Made by a program: the position numbers and the translations under genes. From positions 64,001 through 128,000 of the forward strand of contig JBILLK010000005.1 of assembly GCA_044376115.1 (NCBI GenBank): DNA of 64,000 bases, in the 5' to 3' direction. Shown piece after piece: positions 59,581-64,000 of the stretch. The notes beneath the pieces were generated by a model. It worked only from the letters and a program-made list of their open reading frames with translations, made no database searches and was not told the origin of the DNA. Within the stretch, counting starts at the first letter, position 1. Every line of letters begins with the position of its first letter. The DNA is from Polyangiaceae bacterium (GTDB taxonomy: Bacteria > Myxococcota_A > Polyangia > Polyangiales > Polyangiaceae).

Positions 59581-61017
59581 ATGGCGAACCAAGGCTTCTT
59601 TCGACGAATGATGATGCTGGCCGCTCTTCCGCTCGCTTGGGGGGCCGTGGCTTCGGGCTGCGCAGTTCCACCCCCCGACGACATCCAGACAGAAGATGAA
59701 GAGTCGGTGGTTGACTCCGAAGCCGAGGTCGGCAGTGGCACGGTTGAGCAGGCAACGAACTCCTCGTGCTCAACCGCGAGTATCAAGCCGCTCTCGCAAC
59801 AGATTATCGATGAGATGCGTTGCATGAAGCCCGACATGGTCGTCGAGCTGCCCAGTCGACCCAACCTGGTCCTCACGGACGCGGTGTTTCCCTACGTGGT
59901 CAAGCCCGCACGCGACGCAATGGTTGGAGCGCTCGATGCGAAGCCAAACACGAAGATGACCGTTAACTCCATGCTTAGAACCGTTACGCAGCAGTACATG
60001 GTTCGCCGTTGGTATGAGCAAGGGCGCTGCGGTATCGCGGCTGCGGCCACTCCAGGCAACTCCAACCACGAGACAGGACTTGCGATTGATATCTCCGAGA
60101 ACTCGACATGGCGGAGTGCTCTAGAAACTCGCGGCTTCAAGTGGTTCGGCAATGGGGACAAGCCGCACTTTGACTACACAGGGTCGGGCGCGCAGAGTCA
60201 GAAGGGGCTGGACGTTGAGGCGTTCCAGCGACTTTGGAATCGAAACAACCCCAATGACAAGATTTCGGCGGACGGCGTTTGGGGACCCCAAACGCGCCAA
60301 CGAGTTCAAAAGGCTCCTGCAAAGGGCTTTGCTGTGGGTGCACAGTGCGGCGAGGAAATCGATCCGCAGGAGCCGCAGGATCCGCAGGACCCGGCTGCCG
60401 AATGCAGCGACTTCTCGAGTTCTGAGTTCAGCTGCTCGCCGGATGGCAATTCGCGCGGTCTTTGCGATGCAGGACAGGTCGATCTCCAGCCTTGTAGCAA
60501 CGGCTGTCTGATTCAAACCGGCAACGACGTGTGCATGGGCACGACCAGTTCTTGGTCCTGCAATGGTTCGGTCGGCACGACCAAGATGGAGAATGGCACC
60601 TACGTTGGGACATCCTTTGGCTGTTCTATTGCTGAGGACGGAAGTGAGTTCAGCGACCCAGGAGACAACTGCATTCCGGCATGCCTCTCGACACTCAAGT
60701 CCCAAGGGATCTGCAGCAGCTCGATGACAGGTAAAGCCTGTGAAAAGAGCATTACCTGGTTCTCTGCGGACAAGAACCGGTTTGGCTGCGCCAGTAAGAT
60801 TCGTGTGACCAACCCAGACAATGGGCGGTCCGCCGTGCTCATGGTGATCGACGCTGGTCCCGCCTGCTGGGTTGAGGACGAAGCGGGAACCGGCGTTCTC
60901 GACATGTCCTATCGCGCCACCGAGTATCTCTTCGGGGAGTCCCTGGGCGTCGTTGATAACGAGAAAGTTCACGTGGTCGAGGTTTCTGCCGATACTCCGC
61001 TCGGTCCCGTCCAGTAG
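59581..61017 (+). CDS. Lipoprotein: M15 (VanY-like) peptidase, PG-binding domain, Cys-rich linker and RlpA-like DPBB domain
   Basis: ASGC lipobox; S.LR...QQ, PGNSNHETGLAID, DKPHF; FQRLWN..ADGVWGP.T; IRVTNPDNGRS.V..VIDAGP and LDMS..A. Confidence 0.85.
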   Translation: MANQGFFRRMMMLAALPLAWGAVASGCAVPPPDDIQTEDEESVVDSEAEVGSGTVEQATNSSCSTASIKPLSQQIIDEMRCMKPDMVVELPSRPNLVLTDAVFPYVVKPARDAMVGALDAKPNTKMTVNSMLRTVTQQYMVRRWYEQGRCGIAAAATPGNSNHETGLAIDISENSTWRSALETRGFKWFGNGDKPHFDYTGSGAQSQKGLDVEAFQRLWNRNNPNDKISADGVWGPQTRQRVQKAPAKGFAVGAQCGEEIDPQEPQDPQDPAAECSDFSSSEFSCSPDGNSRGLCDAGQVDLQPCSNGCLIQTGNDVCMGTTSSWSCNGSVGTTKMENGTYVGTSFGCSIAEDGSEFSDPGDNCIPACLSTLKSQGICSSSMTGKACEKSITWFSADKNRFGCASKIRVTNPDNGRSAVLMVIDAGPACWVEDEAGTGVLDMSYRATEYLFGESLGVVDNEKVHVVEVSADTPLGPVQ

Positions 61018-61030
61018 TATTCTCGAGCCG

Positions 61031-61702
61031 ATGGCTCTGCCCAGACTTCCCCGACACCGGGTTCGAATTGTAGAAGAGGCCCCCTCGTCGCCCGGCGAGC
61101 GGGGCTTCATCTACGTGCGACAACTGAGCTTGGAGCTGCAGTTCGAGGACGGTTCAACCAGTTCGCCCTTCCCCTACTTTTGCGCCGAACGTACGCGCCT
61201 CGACGCGGTGGTCGTGGTGGCTCACTATCGCCGCGACGGTGAACGGTACGTCGTTCTGAGGTCGTCAATTCGTCCACCTCTCGTGGTACGCGCCCAGGAC
61301 AGCTGGCCGATACCTCCGACTCCGTCGTTAGGTGCGCTTTGGGAGGTTCCTGCGGGGCTCGTCGAGCAGGATGAGCGTTCCGCCGAAGGCCTTGCTCGCT
61401 GTGCGGCTCGTGAACTCCTCGAGGAGACGGGGTTTGAGGTACCGGTGGGCGACATCAAACCGCTCGGTCCGCCGACCTTCCCATCGGCTGGGATGATGAG
61501 TGAGTGTCACTACTTCTTCCATGTCGAGGTTGAACCCGACAAGCGAGGTACTCCGCCTGAAGATGGCTCCCCACTCGAGCAGCTAGCCACGATCGTTGAC
61601 CTTCCACTTCGCGAGGCGTTGGTTGCGGTGCGTCGAGGCGAGGTGCAAGACGCCAAAACCGAGCTGGCTCTGCGCCGGTTCGCCGAGATTGAGAGCCAGT
61701 GA
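61031..61702 (+). CDS. Nudix hydrolase (ADP-ribose pyrophosphatase-like)
   Basis: WEVPAGLVE...AARELLEETG, SAG..SE, DAKT. Confidence 0.88.
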   Translation: MALPRLPRHRVRIVEEAPSSPGERGFIYVRQLSLELQFEDGSTSSPFPYFCAERTRLDAVVVVAHYRRDGERYVVLRSSIRPPLVVRAQDSWPIPPTPSLGALWEVPAGLVEQDERSAEGLARCAARELLEETGFEVPVGDIKPLGPPTFPSAGMMSECHYFFHVEVEPDKRGTPPEDGSPLEQLATIVDLPLREALVAVRRGEVQDAKTELALRRFAEIESQ

Positions 61703-62604
61703 GACAGCGCGTCGCCTTCATTATGAAGCGGTCCGCCTGGTCGACCATGGTGCAACCAAGTGGCGCCACAAGGCTGCGACGACTGATTGCGGAAGGAGAT
61801 CCGACCGTATCTCGACTCCGCTCAACCCACGACGCTCACGCACGAACGGTAGATGAACTCCACGCAGCCTTCGACCGGCTGGGTGTGGAGCCCGTGCCGA
61901 TCGACGATTCCACACGCAACATCACCGCGCGCAGGTTTGCGCTCGTCGTCACCGTAGGTGGAGATGGAACGCTGCTAAGAGCCTCCCACTCGGTGCGCGA
62001 CGCCCCAGTCTTGGGAATCAACAGCGCACCCTCGAGTTCAGTAGGTTTCTTCTGCGGGGTTCGCGGCGGAGATGGCGTAAGCGTCATACGAGCGCTCGAG
62101 CGGGCATTGGAGGGCAGACTCTCAGAGCGTCTGCTGACGCGCATGTGCGTGACGGTTGGTAAACGAACCATCTCTGAGCGAGTCCTGAACGACGCCTTGT
62201 TTTGTCACCGAAGCCCCGCGGCGACTTCGCGGTACCTCATCGAACACAATGGCCAGGTGGAAGAACACAAGTCGAGCGGGTTCTGGGTCGGGCCTGCAGC
62301 CGGCTCAACCGCCGCCCAGCGTTCCGCTGGAGGCCGCGTACTTTCACTGAAGAGCCGTCTATTGCAGTTAGTGGTACGAGAGCCGTACACGCCAAGTGGT
62401 GAACGCTATGGCCTGCTGAAGGTTCTCGTCGGCCCGAGCGAAAAAATCATCGTCAGAAGCAAGATGCGTGAGGCGGTACTCTTTCTTGACGGGCCGGATC
62501 TAGGTGTAACGCCTCAATACGGCGACGTCGTCACGTTCCAAGAGAGCTCGCAACCGCTGCGACTGCTCGCTATTGGCGGTCGGCGCGCTAGGTCGGCTGG
62601 GTAA
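61699..62604 (+). CDS. nadK: NAD(+) kinase
   Basis: VGGDGTLL, PVLGIN...VGF, LND, AAGSTA...SAGG, LDG. Confidence 0.88.
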   Translation: MRQRVAFIMKRSAWSTMVQPSGATRLRRLIAEGDPTVSRLRSTHDAHARTVDELHAAFDRLGVEPVPIDDSTRNITARRFALVVTVGGDGTLLRASHSVRDAPVLGINSAPSSSVGFFCGVRGGDGVSVIRALERALEGRLSERLLTRMCVTVGKRTISERVLNDALFCHRSPAATSRYLIEHNGQVEEHKSSGFWVGPAAGSTAAQRSAGGRVLSLKSRLLQLVVREPYTPSGERYGLLKVLVGPSEKIIVRSKMREAVLFLDGPDLGVTPQYGDVVTFQESSQPLRLLAIGGRRARSAG

Positions 62605-62608
62605 GCAG

Positions 62609-64000
62609 TCACGCGTGAGCCTCCGCCCAGCTCTTACCCCAACCGACGTCCACTACGAGAGGTACATCGAGCGCTACGGCGCTCTCCATGGTCCGCCGGA
62701 TCTCCTGAGCGGCTTGTTCGACGCCCTCTTCAGGTACTTCGAAGTTGAGTTCATCGTGCACCGTAAGCACCATCCGGGCGCCTCCTGAGATCCCGCTCCG
62801 CAACTTGACCATTGCAAGCTTGAGGATATCGGCGGCTGTTCCTTGGATGGGCGTATTCTGCGCGATCCGCTCGGCGTAAGAACGCTTCATGCGATCTGCG
62901 TTATGAAGGTCAGGAAGGATTCTCACACGCCCCAGCAGAGTGGTGACTCGTTCCGTCCTCTTTGCCTCCTCCATCGTCTTGTGCATGAATTCGGCGACGC
63001 CGGCGTACTTTTGGAAGTAGGCCTCAATGAAGGCTCCAGCCTCTCGCCGCGGGATCGCCAGCCGCTTTGATAGCGCAACCTCTCCCATTCCGTAGATTAC
63101 GCCGAAGTTTATCGTCTTGCTCTTTCGCCGCATATCGTCGGTAACAGCAGTCTGGCTGACTCCGAAGATCTCCATCGCGGTGCGAGTGTGGATGTCTTGC
63201 CCAGTCTGAAATGCCTCTACCATCACAGGGTCCTTCGACAGGTGAGCCAAAACCCGTAGCTCGATCTGTGAATAGTCGGCGCTGAGAAATACGCTCCCCG
63301 GCGGGGCCACAAACGCTCTGCGGATCTGCCGTCCCAGCTCCGTGCGGATTGGGATGTTCTGAAGGTTTGGCTCCTCGCTAGAGATGCGGCCAGTGGCAGC
63401 AACCGCCTGACGCCAGTGCCCATGAATGCGCCCGGTTGCGTTCAAGATCAATCGCGGAAGCGCATCGACATAAGTCCCTTTGAGCTTTGCGATCCCACGG
63501 TGCTCGATCACCAAACTCGGCAGCGGGTGGTCGTCAGCAATTGCCTCGAGCGCCTCCGCATCGGTACTGCGACCCGTTTTCGTCTTCTTCGTAACCTTTA
63601 GCTTCAACTCATCAAATAGAATTGTCTCAAGCTGACGTGGAGAACTTAGGTTTAGATCCGGGTGGCCGCAGGCCGCCCTCGCTTTGATCTCGAGCTCGTG
63701 AAGCTCACTGGTCATTACGTCGCCTATGCTCCCCAGAATGCTGGTGTCGACTAGGACGCCCCTGAGCTCAAGGTCGGCTAGGAGCGAAGACAGCGGCATT
63801 TCAATCTGCCCGAAGAGATCAGCAAGGCGGCTATCACCAAGCTTCTCTCGCTGTCGTTGATAGGCACGGAGGATTCCGTCCGCGTAGGCAGCGGCTGCGT
63901 GTGCCACCTCCTCAACGGGAAGGTCCTCAAAAGTGACCTTCTTGCGGCCCTTTTCTTTTGATAGCGCGCTAACCAATTGAACTTGCACGCCAGCTTCACG
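62609..64000 (-). CDS. polA: DNA polymerase I, C-terminal part (5' end beyond the window)
   Basis: TGRISS..PNLQNIP, ADYSQIELRVLAH, K.INFG.IYG, NTPIQGTAADI, VHDEL. Confidence 0.97.
   Translation of the reverse strand, partial: REAGVQVQLVSALSKEKGRKKVTFEDLPVEEVAHAAAAYADGILRAYQRQREKLGDSRLADLFGQIEMPLSSLLADLELRGVLVDTSILGSIGDVMTSELHELEIKARAACGHPDLNLSSPRQLETILFDELKLKVTKKTKTGRSTDAEALEAIADDHPLPSLVIEHRGIAKLKGTYVDALPRLILNATGRIHGHWRQAVAATGRISSEEPNLQNIPIRTELGRQIRRAFVAPPGSVFLSADYSQIELRVLAHLSKDPVMVEAFQTGQDIHTRTAMEIFGVSQTAVTDDMRRKSKTINFGVIYGMGEVALSKRLAIPRREAGAFIEAYFQKYAGVAEFMHKTMEEAKRTERVTTLLGRVRILPDLHNADRMKRSYAERIAQNTPIQGTAADILKLAMVKLRSGISGGARMVLTVHDELNFEVPEEGVEQAAQEIRRTMESAVALDVPLVVDVGWGKSWAEAHA

Noticed and set aside
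60121..61110. 329-aa minus-strand ORF
   Set aside because: Antisense to the peptidoglycan hydrolase; no recognisable domain.

Overview
Gene-dense, GC-rich bacterial chromosome segment. The gene content (Cys-rich lipoproteins, FHA and TPR pairs, sigma54 activator, globin-coupled kinase, orphan vgrG) suggests Myxococcota, probably Polyangiales-like; this is inference. About 55 CDS, including housekeeping genes (glyQS, gltB/gltD, purA, hydA, kynA, NAD kinase, partial polA). I saw no rRNA, tRNA, CRISPR array, IS element or prophage. Best candidates for new biology: (1) an orphan T6SS island with a sigma54-type promoter, vgrG - two paralogous ABC-fold ATPases that both lack the catalytic Glu and switch His - DcrB/DUF1795 adaptor, with a divergent signal-less pesticin-like muramidase and no immunity gene beside it; (2) a tandem pair of HTTM-DCC membrane proteins with complementary motif loss; (3) a CBS / globin-coupled kinase / NtrC-type activator / USP module with two sigma54 promoters and a shared CGCA-N5-TGCG upstream palindrome; (4) a recurrent leaderless-mRNA signature. 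Also present: a cystathionine beta-synthase pseudogene with three lesions, an orphan DNA methyltransferase and a dual-activity peptidoglycan hydrolase. All calls come from motif reading by eye; no database searches were run.
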